A stretch of DNA of 63,936 nucleotides, counting the filler, from Choristocarpus tenellus KU-1152 (lineage: Eukaryota; Protista; Phaeophyceae), in NCBI GenBank assembly GCA_964200185.2. It is 14 parts of 14 records of this genome, joined end to end, with 100 filler letters (N's around TTAATTAATTAA, not from the genome) between each part and the next. Parts side by side here need not be neighbours in the genome. Positions count along the whole stretch, not along the records: positions 38,616 to 47,276 come from CAXNAD020004465.1; positions 47,377 to 50,621 come from CAXNAD020021294.1; positions 50,722 to 54,679 come from CAXNAD020016934.1; 11 more parts are not named here. The stretch is one strand, 5' to 3'. The notes below the pieces were generated by a model. The model was given only the letters and a program-made list of their open reading frames with translations. It had not been told where the DNA came from and searched no databases. The first letter of the stretch is position 1, and every line of letters starts with the position of its first letter. The translations under genes and the position numbers were made by a program. Shown here in pieces: positions 40,196 through 52,603 of the stretch.

Positions 40196-40399
40196 ATCCC
40201 TGTCCGTTCAATCCTAAGGATTGTGGTGATTGTTCGTATAAGGGGAGGGGTGGTACGTGTTGGAGTCAGTGTCGGCACTGAGGCAGTGTGCTGTGACCGA
40301 TTCGATGTGATGGCATTTTGTTTGAAGTGATATGTGCTACCTATTGCTGTAACGAGTGTTTGGTAATGACGGATGGCAGTGTGTGATGAAACCCAAAAC

Positions 40400-41290
40400 A
40401 TGGAGATTTGTGTTAATTTGCCGATTGGCAGACTTCTGAAAAATAGAGGTCGATGGTTGCAAGTGTGCACGGACTTTGTACGGTCGATTAAGAAGTGTGT
40501 ATGAGCGATCATCATGTGATTCGTGGTGTTGGCATGAAGGGAAGGCACGGATGTAACATAATGGGTCAACGGAATCTATTGCCTTGGTGGAATATATGGG
40601 CTAGCAAGGAGCGGGAGGGTGAGGAGTGTGGCGAGTTGCAAACAGGGATTAATTATTGTGAGTGGGGAAAATCATGTGGTATCTATTCCTGCAGCAAGCG
40701 ATGCATATATGGCCGACGTTGTTACGTGAAAGGAAACAATAACTTGGAGTTTGGGGTTAGTTTACCGATTGGTAGATTCTAAATCGAGGGCGATGGTTGC
40801 AAGTGTGCACGGACAGTTTGCGGTCGATTATTAATTGCGTATGTGCGAATATTATGTGATTTGTGGCGTCGACGTGAGGGAAGGAGCGGATGTGACATAA
40901 TGGGTCAACGATATCTATTGCGTGTTTAGTGTATGGGTTATCAAGGGGTGGGAGGGTGCAGACTGATGTGAGTGGCAAGGAGGGATCAGGTCCAGGGGAC
41001 GGGGAGAATCATGCATGTAGTATATGTGGTATACATTCCTGCAACAAGCTATGGGTATATGGTCGACGATGACACTGGAAAGAAAAGAGGAACTTGGAAT
41101 TTTGCGTGAGTTTACTGATTGGCAGACTTGTACAAAATAGGCGGCGATAGTTGTAAGTGTGAATAGACTATCTGTGCAGTCATTTTATAGGTGCGTATGT
41201 GTTATCTTGACACTGCATGTCCTGTCGGCGTGAAGGGAGTGACGGATGTGACATAAGTTCGAACAGTACGTGTTGAGTCTTTGTTGTATA
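40400..41290. repeat. Diverged tandem repeat, unit of about 345-350 bp, about 2.5 copies
   Basis: Homologous blocks TTT(G/A)C(C/T)GATTGG(C/T)AGA...GTTG(C/T)AAGTGTG...CGGATGT(A/G)ACATAA start near 40412, 40756 and 41106. Confidence 0.85.
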
Positions 41291-43277
41291 TGTGGGCAAG
41301 GGGTGTACGTGTCGTGTTGTGGTTGTCGCCAGTGGCAAACAGAGGCCGAACTTTGTGAGTGGGGGAGGTCGTCGTGTGGAGTGTGCCTACCTTTGTGACG
41401 ATTGTTTGCCCGGGAGGAACCTTATGACCTTTGCGGTGGCGCCACTCTTCCTCTGGTGTCGGATCCCTCAAGTTATATTGAGTTTTGGTTGCCTTGATTG
41501 TATCCGCTAGGGATGAGGTTCCTGGCATGCGCACCCCGTGTAGTTCCAGTCTCCTGGCAGCAGACTTCACCACAGCCCCGACTCCTTCAGACAAGGACTT
41601 GCCGTTTTACAGGAGGCAAAGAAGTTGTGTACTACGGAAATTCCCATCCGCGCTAAAGACTGAGAAACCCACCACATCTGCCATCTGTTCTTGAACTGGC
41701 TCCCGCAGTCATCGGACCAGATGTGGAGGATCTCCAAGGTCTGTCCGTATTCACTGGCTAGAGGTATTAGGTGGTCTTTCACAAACATCTCCACGGCGTT
41801 CTGGATGAACTCGTTGTCTTGGCTTCAGTCTTCACTGCACACCGTCATGCTGTGAGCCCAAACCCTTCCCAAGATTTCCCTCTCTTCTCTGAGATCCCTC
41901 AACCACCAGACAATGGTCAGAAGCGCCGTAAGGAATAGGTTGAATAACTTTTGTTGTGTCAAGTCTTGGTGGTTGTATTGCAGGTGGGTGCTGAAGTCCA
42001 TGGACATGGTAGCGTGTCCTTTGGAGAGGCGGGATTTGCAGTGTTTGTATTGTTGCGCCTGCCAAATTGTGGTGTTGTGATGAAGGAAGAAACTCTTGTC
42101 CAAGTTTGCAAATATGACTTTTAGGAGTGTAGGGAATCTCTCCGTCCTTGGGAACAGCACCTGCATCGAATGGGCCAGGTGGTCGCGTATCGAGTGTTGT
42201 TGCTGGTGATAGGTCGTGGAGATTCAGGCTTTATTGTGGTGAAATCGATTGTGTTCGGTGCTGTGGGAGGGAGGATCTGCTTGTTGTTTGGCGAATACAC
42301 CGTGACACATTCAATGTATACAGTAATTGTTAGTCGAAGGAAACTGTTGCTCACCTTTCGCCTCCGGCTGTATTTGTCCGTAGACCCTGTGGCGTGTCTT
42401 CGTCATCGTTCTCCTCGGTCCTGTTCCTCCCGAAGTCGGGGGTGGACTCTCCCACCATGCACTTAGCAATAATCGAGTCGTCCGTCATGAGATTGTCCAC
42501 CCTCAGCTCTGCATATTTTGCCTTGATCATCTGGATCATGTTATCTTTGGTAGTCCTGCTTGGGGTGGTGATGCCAAGTCTAGATGACAGCGCCTGTGTG
42601 GCAGTGTAGATGGGCATAGAGATTTATCGCAGCATGGGCGTATATAAGCATGGGGATATGGTCGATTAGTAGGGTAGGTTGCCATGTTGGTACTAGGCCG
42701 GCGTGAGGGTGGAACCGGACAGGTTCGTCTTCCAAATCTAACTAGTTGGTGAGTGTTTCAATAAGGCACACCTTTATCTCCTGGCAAGTCTTTTGTTGCA
42801 GGTCCGCCTCCACCACCGGGCTGTATGCGTGGACGAAATCGTTCCATGTGACACGGGTGCTGTGAGAGTCCAACATACAAGGGCACTTCCACATCGGATG
42901 AGATTTCCAGTCACACCTGTCACATGTACCGTCAACACAGAAATTTTTGAAACTGCCCAAGGAACCGCCAGAGGACGGTTCGCTGAGGGGCTCCAGCATG
43001 CACGGTCCTCTCGCATCTGTTTTGTTTTGACTAGTCCAAGAGCGGTTTTTGTTGTCAGTGTAGAGGTTTGAATAGCGGATCGAACGTCACCAGTGGAGTC
43101 CGGCTGTCGCAGTCACATATTTAGAGGACGTAGTGAAACGGTTTGAGGGCGAGTACGTTGGTGTGTATCTACAGTGGTTTCTTTATTTTGGATACCATTC
43201 CAGCTCATTGCAATAACACATTCGCCACGTCATGGGTGTGGTTTGGCATAGAAACTTACAAGAGGAAGGCCATTAAA

Positions 43278-43433
43278 GGGTCAAAGTATCCGGGGGGGGG
43301 TGTCGGCGTCCGTTTTTCACCCTTGTTCCGATTTGGTCGCACGTGTCAGATTTGAAATGTCAGCAAAAAAAAGAGTTTGACCGAAACGGACGCCCCCTCA
43401 CAAACCACCCCCCCCCCCCAGATATTTTGACCC
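43278..43433 (+). mobile_element. MITE family B, complete, TSD TAAA, inserted in the transposase gene
   Basis: GGGTCAAAGTATC ... GATATTTTGACCC; TAAA at 43274-43277 and 43434-43437. Confidence 0.95.
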
Positions 43434-45276
43434 TAAATAAGCACCACTTTCGAGTGCGGCCTCCACTTCTTCAGACCCGCATCCCTTGCCTTTGTTGCAG
43501 AATGCGCATGTGCATACGCAAGTGCGTTGTCCATCATCGCCAAAGAACGTCCTCGCATGTACTTTCTTCCAGTTCTCTCTTAGGCACTGAACCTGGAGGT
43601 CAGTGGTCATGTGGTGAATGCAAACGCACGATCTGTGTTGCGTGGAAGAGTGGAGGGAGGGATACGATGGGTTAGCACACGGGCATTATGTGGGACGCGG
43701 ATGATGCAATATGTGACTGGGTACCCTGTGGCGGTTGGGAAACATAGACTTACCCAATCATCACTGTAGCGTGTGTCCTAAAAATGGAAAGACTATTTCC
43801 GCACACACCTTGGCATGGCCTTTGTTATGTAGAACGGTCTCAACTTCACGAATATCGACAGACAGGGTATTGGCCCTGACGTCCCCTCCTGCTCAAATCT
43901 CTCCCTAAAGTTGGCGTAGACATCCTCATCTGTCCCAATCTGTGACCTGTTGTCACGTCAGTTGCACCATGTGTACGTAGTGTAATGTCAAAGTTTTGTT
44001 GGTCGAGGATGAACATGTTACCATGATTAATCCATAAAGTGTCGAGGGTGGATATGCGCAATATTTGTGAGGATGACACTCGCTAGTTTAGAGTACCTCT
44101 TAGCGTGCTATTGGCACAGTGCATCCGGGCGGCAAACTCTCTTGTTCGTATGCGGGTCTAAGTAGAGCATTCCCTGAGTGGAATCATGAGATGTGGCCGG
44201 ATCGTGGGGCATGGCGGTGCTGTTGCTCTCCCATACGGTGATACCAAGAACATGTGTATCAGGATGCTGTACATCGAACTGTCGCGAGGAGCTGTCCCTT
44301 TCCACGTCGAATATCCTTGGTCTGCCGTTTTGTCTGAGGCAACGATGGGAGATGTGGGGTGTGTGTCAGTTGTGCACCAGGATATGAGGGACCATTCGGG
44401 CATCTATTAGTGATGAAATTGTTTTGGACATGCAGTGGACGTGTTCGCCTGGGGGTCAAGTTGTGTGTGTCACACCGTTGATGTTTGATGAGAATGAACT
44501 TCCATACCTGTGGGCGGTGCCTTGAGGAGAGTAGTGAGGGGCGTGGGTGTCGGATACGGGAGACGATCCTCCAGCATCATCTGCAGCCAATGCGGAGGGT
44601 CTCGCCTGTCGCCGCATGTCTCGCATCAATTCCGTGCGTTTTTTGGTGGATGACCTTAGTCTGTCGACGTTGATGTCGTATTTTCTTGCTGTAACGGACA
44701 GAAGGGGTTGAAGCATTGATGTAACCCCGTCATCGCCTATTTCAACATCAGGAGCGATGTTGACGAGGATGGATTTGTATACCTGGCGGGTATGCTCGGT
44801 GCTAAGATCTTTCTTTACACATTCTAGGAATGTCTTGACCTGGAGGTCAGGCGTGGACTCACGTTGTTCCCAAGCCAGCACAACTTGCAGCGTGCTCGCC
44901 AACGGTGCAAATCTGCTTTTCTCGTCCAACAACCAATAGGCAAGGTCGTACCAAGTGCGGCCGCTTCCTTCCATCTCTTCTGGACCATCGTGGTTGACAA
45001 ACATGGAGAGGAAGAGGTCCGTGATCTGGTCCGTTCTGGATTTCTTCCACGAACGGGCGGCACTAGACTTGGGCAGTCCCTTCAGTCCCCGTTTCCTGAG
45101 TGGGATCCAAAGGAGATTACGATATGAGTTGGATGGGTTTGTTTCCCTTTGACATTAGTGATCAATCCTCATGATGCGAACATAGGTAATACTGCATCTT
45201 TCTTCGGGGAAGGGGCTTGCACAATGTTTGGTCAAGAAGTGTTCCACGGAATACGGTCGTGTTGGAGGACACCCCA

Positions 45277-45533
45277 AAGTCAAAGTATCTTAGAGGGTAG
45301 ATGTGCATCCATTTCGGGAGCAAAATCCAATGTTGCGGTTTTGATGTAATTTTGGCTATCGTGTTTGTTAGGAAGTGTCATTATCCTTGTTCTGGACACA
45401 CCTTTTCATAACGTATACATTTTACTTACTCCGAAACATTTTGGAGTACTAAAATGTCCTAAAATCCCCGAGGGAAGCCAAGCCCCAAATGAACATAGAG
45501 GGTAAACTCCTACCCTCTGAGATACTTTCAGTG
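45277..45533 (-). mobile_element. MITE family A, reverse orientation, eroded termini
   Basis: The internal sequence is the reverse complement of the 18415 and 39939 copies; no TSD recognisable. Confidence 0.88.
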
Positions 45534-46026
45534 GGCACTTTGAAAGCATGGAGAAGGGTGTGTTTGATACATCGAGAACCGAAACTGCCCCGATTAGAGT
45601 TTCCTGAAACGATGTGCATCGCATATGTGGTCAATCGCGAGCCACATACAAAAGGTTACGAAAACGTACGATGAAGCATGTAGGATGAAGTGAATGGGGG
45701 TAGTTTGTCGAATGGTAGAATGTGTGTTTTGATCTGATTTTTTTTGGAAAACAGTTGACAGGTGCATGGTGGGTGTCGCCCCTGACACTATTGGCGCATG
45801 TATGTACAACAATTGACGTGTTCTGTCCAAGGGTAAACTAATGTATACGATGGATTTTGTGGTGGAAGGGATACTGAACGTTTCATGCGATGTCGGTCAA
45901 CACATATCCCCACATGCACATACCATCGTATGCGCCCCTTTCTCTATAGGGGATATGAGATTGCAATTGAGTTTTGTGGTAAGTCCAGGACGGTGGTTTG
46001 GAGGCGTGCGGCTGCAATGAGGAGAG

Positions 46027-46360
46027 TATGTGGACAGCCGCAACGTTTGCCAGACTTTGTCGTACGGTAAAGTATGGCGAAATTGACTTGAGGTGTGTGG
46101 CTTGAAAAAAGTTGGTATATGGACAGCCGCAACTTTCACCACACTTTGTCGTATGGTAAAGTATGGCGATGCGAAAATGATTTGAGGTGTGTGGCTTGAA
46201 AAAAGTTAGTTTATGGACCGCCGCAACTTTCGCCACACTTTGTTGTAGGACAAAATACGGCAAGAATGACATGATGCGTGTGGCTTCAAATAAGTTGGTA
46301 TATGGACAGCCGCAATTTTTGCCATACTTTGTCGAACGGTAAAGTATGGCAAAAATGACA
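46027..46360. repeat. Tandem repeat, unit of about 90 bp, about 3.7 copies
   Basis: Unit TATGGACAGCCGCAACTTT..CCA.ACTTTGTCGTA.GGTAAAGTATGGC...TGAGGTGTGTGGCTTGAAAAAAGTTGG. Confidence 0.92.
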
Positions 46361-46845
46361 TTAGGCGAGCAGATAAAGGAAGGGCAAAACATGACTTGAT
46401 ATAATTACATTATCGTGTAAGGGTGAGAGACGGTGTCAGGGTTAAGGTACAGGGTTAGGGTTGGGACAGGTGCTAGGGTTGGGATCGGAAACAGAAACTG
46501 GAAGGAACATCGTTTTGTTCCGATACATATCGGAACGCAGATACCGGAGAACACGAACTTTGTCGATAAGTTTCACTCTGCTCTTGATGCCTATACTCCA
46601 GGATAGCGGCAACCCAAGACACCATCCAATGGAATATGTCTAGGATGTTTGGCACATGCGACCTGCTGGCTGCAACGCTCTCTCCTATGGAGATTGATTC
46701 AGCCTTCTCCCGGCTGCAATGTGGATATATCTTCCACATGAAGCTCCTATGGTGGGCGATCTGGAGGTTTGCTCCTACTTCCGACGCCCATCGCGTTGTC
46801 ACATGGGCCGGGAGGTTGATGCCACAAGGGACATTGTCCTCCTTG

Positions 46846-47103
46846 GAGTGAAAGTATCTTAGAGGGTACAGGTTTTGCCCTGTTTGTCCATTTAGGGCTT
46901 GGCTTTGCATTATTTTTTTTGTGACATTTTCCTATCCAAAATGTTTCGGAGTAGGTAAAATGTATACGTTATGAAAAGGTGTATCCGAAACATAGATATT
47001 GACACCTCCTAACAAACACGATAGCCAAAATTACATCAAAACCGCAACGTTGGATTTTGACCCCCAAATGTACGCGGCTCTCCCCTCTAAGATACTTTGG
47101 TTC
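46846..47103 (+). mobile_element. MITE family A, complete, TSD CTTG
   Basis: GAGTGAAAGTATCTTAGAGGG ... CCCTCTAAGATACTTTGGTTC; CTTG at 46842-46845 and 47104-47107. Confidence 0.95.
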
Positions 47104-47203
47104 CTTGGCGGCACACTCGATTGTCCTCAACACCATTACGCGGTGTTGTCCATTAAGGCAAAACAAGAGGTTGTCGCCGTACTCTATCTCCCTATCGTCA
47201 CCA

Positions 47204-47276
47204 GAGTCAAATTATCTTAGAGGGTAGAGCCGCGTCCATTTGGGGACCAAAATTCAATGTTGTAATTTTGATATTA
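47204..47276 (-). mobile_element. MITE family A, partial at contig break
   Basis: GAGTCAAATTATCTTAGAGGGTAGAGCCGCGTCCATTTGG. Confidence 0.85.
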
Positions 47277-47588
47277 NNNNNNNNNNNNNNNNNNNNNNNN
47301 NNNNNNNNNNNNNNNNNNNNTTAATTAATTAANNNNNNNNNNNNNNNNNNNNNNNNNNNNNNNNNNNNNNNNNNNNTTTTTCCCCCCCATGGCCCCCCCC
47401 CGCCTATATTTTTTTCATTTTTCCCCCCCCTTTTCCCCCCTCTACGCACCACCCCCCCCCCCCCCCCCCCCCGAGAGACCTCGCCTACCAATGCATGTTC
47501 CACCATTGCCATCCTTCAATCACCAAGCCTATTGTGCCCTACTCAACCTACACAATCATTCCCTTGCTTTTGCATGCCCCATGTGCAG

Positions 47589-49177
47589 GAAGCAGGGAGT
47601 AGAAGTGACTAGAACCAAGGAGACTGTGGAGGTAGTTTATTCGGGAGACACAGTGATGTCAGCACTGCTTCCTGTGGAGGAGGTTTGGCAGGCTCGACTC
47701 CTCATCATGGAGGTGACCTACCTGGAGGGCAGTACAAGTGATGCCGCTAAGCACCAGCACATCCATGTACAGGTGCCCCACCTTGAGTTGTGAACTTATG
47801 GGGTGGTTGGTCTAATCTCAAGCTAAGACAAGACTTTGAAAAAGGGGAGAGGGGAAGTGCATCAATAGTTGTACCAACACCATAGCCTGTACAGCATAGG
47901 TCACAAACAAGATACATTTCCTGCAACCTTTTCTACCCATTGAATGTTGTTCTGTTCCAATTGTTGTTGACATCAGTAAAGTGCTCCTACATAAGCATTG
48001 GAGTGTAGTGCTTTTAAAACGTCCTGCTAACTCTTTGTGAGACAATGAAATTTATGTCAGCCATCAGGATAGTACACACTAGAAGTATATTACTATTGAT
48101 GTATGCCCGTATATATTTTTGCGCATTTTTTTATAGGAGAAACAAATGACAGAACGCAATGGAATACAAGTGTGCATTTCCTGTTGATGTACTTTGTTGC
48201 ACTATTGTATTGCTTCCTGTTGTGAATTCATCCATAAGAAATGGGTGTTGACTCTTAATGAAACGAAGTCGATGCAGGCATTGTAACTTACTCTTCATCA
48301 CCATCTGCTTTTCATCCAATAGGACATACTTGATAACGTGAGCAGGTTTTCGGACACAGAGCAGTTGGTCATTGCACACGTGTCAGAGAGGCATGGTCAT
48401 CATCGCAACATCTTACGCACACTGGCCAATACCCTACCTGCCAAACTGATCAATAAGGTGCACATAATATTATTACATCTTCCACACTTTGGTATTTAAT
48501 TGGTGGCATGTGATTGTTTTTCTATTCTTTACTCTGGACAAGATCTCTGCATACTTCTTTCGCCACAAGAAGATCCCCATCATCTCTCGCCTACATATGC
48601 CTACATATTCCTTGGATCACTCCCTCCACAGAGCGGCAAAATCGATCAGGGTGGACAGGGTTAGGTCCTCAAGCTTGATCTGAGTTGCGGGCCAGTAGGG
48701 GTGGGTGACTTCAAACAATCCAAGGTTTATGGCAGGCTGTTCAACCCGAACAGAGTACTCCTTCCCTTTTCCCTTTGTCTCTGGAAGCTTGATTGCACTC
48801 AACCTTTTCAGTCATCTTCGCACAAATACTTTGAATGTTCAAGTTTTGTTGTATGCCACTTAAGGAGAGGCAAAGGTGTAATGGCAACACTATTCACATT
48901 TAAGACTGGTCTAGAAGCAGTATGGCTTTCCGTTTGATGCTACAGCGATCAATCAGTCCACCTGCCACGCAAACCTTTTCTCAATGTCTTCACTTGTGAC
49001 GCCTTTACATTTCAGGTAGCAGTAGCACTGGGAGAATTTGGTGCATTAGGTCACATTTCCTTCCTGGAGGATCATCTCCCTGCCCTTCATTCCACACCTG
49101 GAACGGCTTCAGGAGAGGCTGAAGTACTGGACATGGGGCTACATAATAATAGCGCAGACCTCGGCATTAAGAGCTGA
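47589..49177 (+). CDS. tRNase Z short form / metallo-beta-lactamase (TM-type, plant TRZ1/2-like), 3' part; exons 47589-47772, 48323-48457, 49016-49177
   Basis: Spliced translation KQGVEVT...EVVYSGDT...ARLLIMEVTYLE...AAKHQHIHVQ|DILDNVSRF..EQLVIAHVSERH...LPAKLINK|VAVALGEFG...* carries motif IV (GDT), xExT, HxH and the motif V His. Two phase-0 GT-AG introns. Confidence 0.8.
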
Positions 49178-51822
49178 AGCAACACTTGCTGAGGTAGGAG
49201 TGGCAACTACAACAGGTCCGAGAGAGGTCAAATGAGAGAGCAGAAACATTGTCTGAATAAAGCCGTTGATGCAGCAAAAACATGGAAGTGCACACTTGAA
49301 AGAAGCATGAGCATCTTTTTCGCAATGGCTTTCAAGTACAACTAATTCCCAAAAATACAATGTGCAGTGTAACAGAAGGTGTGCTGTGTGTTTCAAGATG
49401 TGGTTCCTCACCCTGGGAATTATTGAAATCTTAAAATGTATAGGGCGAAGAATGCACATGGTAGCACCAGGTCAAAAAAAGATGAAAAAAAAGAAGTGTT
49501 CTGTTGGGTACCTCCTCCGTTTCTGCCATGCACATAGTTTGGACCTTTCTTAATTATGCTGGTTATGAACAGATACAAAATAACATCAGAAATCGATTGA
49601 GTACAGAACAAGAAGAGGAATAGTCCTGTGCATAATTCACTAGAAAAAAGATGCAAGACCTGGTTCTTCAACCACACTATGCAAAGCCATGTGGTAGACA
49701 CGGGAACAATTGAGACCCTCACGTGCACGTGCCTCACTATTCTATATAAAAGGAATTTTAACACAGGTCTCAGAGGATAAAGCAGAGAGCTGTTGATGAT
49801 TTCAAAAGCTCAAATGTAGTAAGAGCGTGACTCCCAGCTCCTTCCCACAGCACATTCCCCTGAAGAGTCTCACTTTACACTGCTCAACCCACACATTAAT
49901 TCACTTTAGGACTATATCCAATCCAAAATCTATTAGACACAAGAAAATGATACACAGATCATACTTCATCTGCGGACTCCAAAGGGCCCTGACCACATTA
50001 ACTGCACTATTAGTGGACACAATCAAGGCATGCATCCTCACTGGGAAATATTCACACAAAACAAACATCAACAAACTGACAGAAAAGCATTTATGTATCT
50101 GGATTAGCTCCATCTTCAGCAATTTACCTCTAGTCATTGCCGAGAATAGCCGGGACGAAAGGAGAGAGTGAGATTTCCCATTGAACACGCCCAAAACCCC
50201 CTTCCACTGCCCACTCCAGGAAATGCACATGGTCGTCAACATGTGCAACGAATGGATTTCACAATTTGGTGGTATGAAAAAGGGTGCTATACGTCTTTTC
50301 CTGACCATCTTACACCCCCTTCACCAGTTCTTCCTGTTGTCCAAGCAACTGTTGCATATGCATGATGCTCCAACAGGGCACACACCAAAGGAATGGCATG
50401 ACATGCCACACCCATCGCAGAAGTGACCGTGGCATTTGCAGCACGCGTGCTTGGCCTTATGGTACCTGCCCTCAAGTACGAAAAAAAACAAAAAGGAATG
50501 TAAGAAAAAAAAACAAAAAACAGAACCAACAATGGTTTGGGGCGGGCGGGGGGGGGGGGGGGGGGGGCCAGCCGATCGCGGGGTTTGGAGGTTCGGGTCC
50601 CACGGGCCCTGGGGGTGGTCTNNNNNNNNNNNNNNNNNNNNNNNNNNNNNNNNNNNNNNNNNNNNTTAATTAATTAANNNNNNNNNNNNNNNNNNNNNNN
50701 NNNNNNNNNNNNNNNNNNNNNGCTGATGACTATATAGTTGTGATTGGTCGTGATGTCACTGATTGTGGGTCCCTACCTCCCTGCCTCCCTGCAAGATGAG
50801 TGCAACTGTATTCGTCTTGTCTTGGAGGAGGGAGGACATAACAACAACTGCCAACTCGCTGTGGATAGTTATTTTGGTGACTTTGAGGGTTGGATATCCT
50901 TTCCTGACTTTTTGAGGGTTAGAAAGGGGGTACTACGTGGATTTTTTTTGCTATTATTCCAGACCAAAAATTCTCGTTGCTCTCACGGTGGATGCGGTAC
51001 GTGGTCTCTACTTTTTATCTCTCTCTCTCCAACTGTGTCGAGGGTAGTTGGCCTCTAAGAAGACTATGGGTGGCGTTAGATTGTTGGTGTTGTTGTCTTG
51101 GGTGGCGATTTCACTGTAAGTCATTTCACATTGGAGGAGTCTCAGGGGGGGTGGTGTTGACCTTTCTTTTTCCTCTCTTTTTTTTTGTTAGGATTTTTGT
51201 GGAAAGGGTATGTTAGATTTTTTTTTGTGTGTGTAAAGAGTCCTCAACAAACATGCTTCGAAAAAATTAGCAATGCTTTGTTTGGTATTTGGGAGTTGGG
51301 TCTCAGAAAAAACAGATAGATTGCGATGACTCGATGAATGTTGAGGCAAGCATCGCTTGTTGCATGTGGATACTCTTCCTGTTGTGTCAGGTTGCAGCTT
51401 TCAATCCCTATTACTTCCATTTTTCGTTTTGAGGTCAGAGGGCTAGTCGCCTTTGGGTGGGGTGTACCAGTGGCATACACTACCTATTTACAATTGTGTG
51501 TCACATTGGGCTAATGCCAACTAAACGTCACACCCCCCACAGTCAAACCCAACCGAGAGGTAGGCAGGGTTGCAATTCAATGACACCTATAGAAAGGGCA
51601 AAAGGGTGTGATTTTGTACTATAATTGCGGAAAGATCCTTTGCTGAATTGTGAGGTTGCTTTGTGTGTGGAAAGGGGGGGTATCTCTTTTGATACTAGTA
51701 ATAATGTGCACGTAATGTAACCTGATACAGTAAGTGTATTGCACAAATTGTGATCTTTCGGTGAGTCTCTGTGAGTCCGTTACGTCCTACCTGGGATACA
51801 GCAGCTTAGAGTGATTCAGCTT

Positions 51823-52008
51823 ATGTTGTGACTATTAAGAATTCAACATGTTTAACCATGTTGCGGCTGTGGAGAATTCAGCATGTTTTACCATGTTGTG
51901 GCTATTGAGAATTCAGTATGTTTTACCATGCTGTGGCTATTAAGAATTCAACATGTTTAACTATGTTATGACTATTGAGAGTTTAACGTGTTTAGCCATG
52001 TTGTGACC
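51823..52008. repeat. 35-bp minisatellite, about 5.5 copies
   Basis: Consensus CCATGTTGTGGCTATTGAGAATTCAGCATGTTTTA. Confidence 0.92.
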
Positions 52009-52603
52009 AATTTTCTACGTACTATAAAACTATCATTTTCTTAGTGAGTAGTGTTACAGAGATTGTCACGTTTGTTAAGAAAATCTAAAGTCGCTCGTGT
52101 TTTTGTGGGGGTGTTACGTGCAGCAGCAGTGACGATGTTTATACTCTTCAGAAAAAAAATCCCTTACTTAGTAGTGGAGGGTGAAGTTGTATTATTGTAG
52201 ACGTAAGACTTAGTGTCAATTCGTCGTAGCAAGTCATCATGTTCTCCTATCAGACTGTATGGAAGGTCACCCTGTTTTGGGCAATGATTGGATTGTGTTT
52301 GAAGGCTGATTACTAGCAATGACTTACGCAACAGGCTCTTCACTCAGAAACCGTTAGTGATCACCTCCCACTCTGATTCGCCTAGTGGGAAGATACCTTT
52401 TTAGCGAGTGTACATATGGTCACCATTGTTGTTCGTGGTGTGTGAAGGTTGGTATGTGTTACCAAGTTTTCTTATGGTTGTATTTACATAATCTTTTGTC
52501 TCTTCTTTGGTTTCTAGTGTGCTAGTACTTCGACTATACTATATATCTATTTATAACACGTTTCCTTATCTTCTCCAATATATATTTCTTGTTTTTCTGA
52601 CAG

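Larger units (their letters stand above)
38616..45096 (-). mobile_element. Decayed multi-exon Sola2-like DNA transposase gene
   Basis: Ordered minus-strand segments: WESNSTAMP..HAKRY (44.1-44.3 kb), RSCVCIHHM (43.6 kb), CVDGTCDRC (42.9 kb), HHNTTIWQ..MDFS..Q...Q (42.0 kb), HIWSDDCGSQFKN and HNFFASC.NGKSLSEGVGAVVK (41.6-41.7 kb), GIKSMHRFF..LSCYCTNC (39.7-39.8 kb). These match Sola2-type motifs as I recall them (CxCxxH, DFSENY, SDGCxxQ(F/Y)KN, FFATxHGKxxxDGVG). Stops and frameshifts are present. Confidence 0.8.

Noticed and set aside
45883-46392. 169-aa ORF with internal repeats
   Set aside because: It is a by-product of the 90-bp tandem array; unit lengths vary and there is no recognisable domain.
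49827-50500. Several overlapping short ORFs
   Set aside because: No motif, splice pattern or family could be recognised.
51823-52008. CRISPR array candidate (35-bp palindromic repeats; likewise 17541-17735 and 46027-46360)
   Set aside because: Units are head-to-tail with no unique spacers, no cas genes are present, and the context is eukaryotic.
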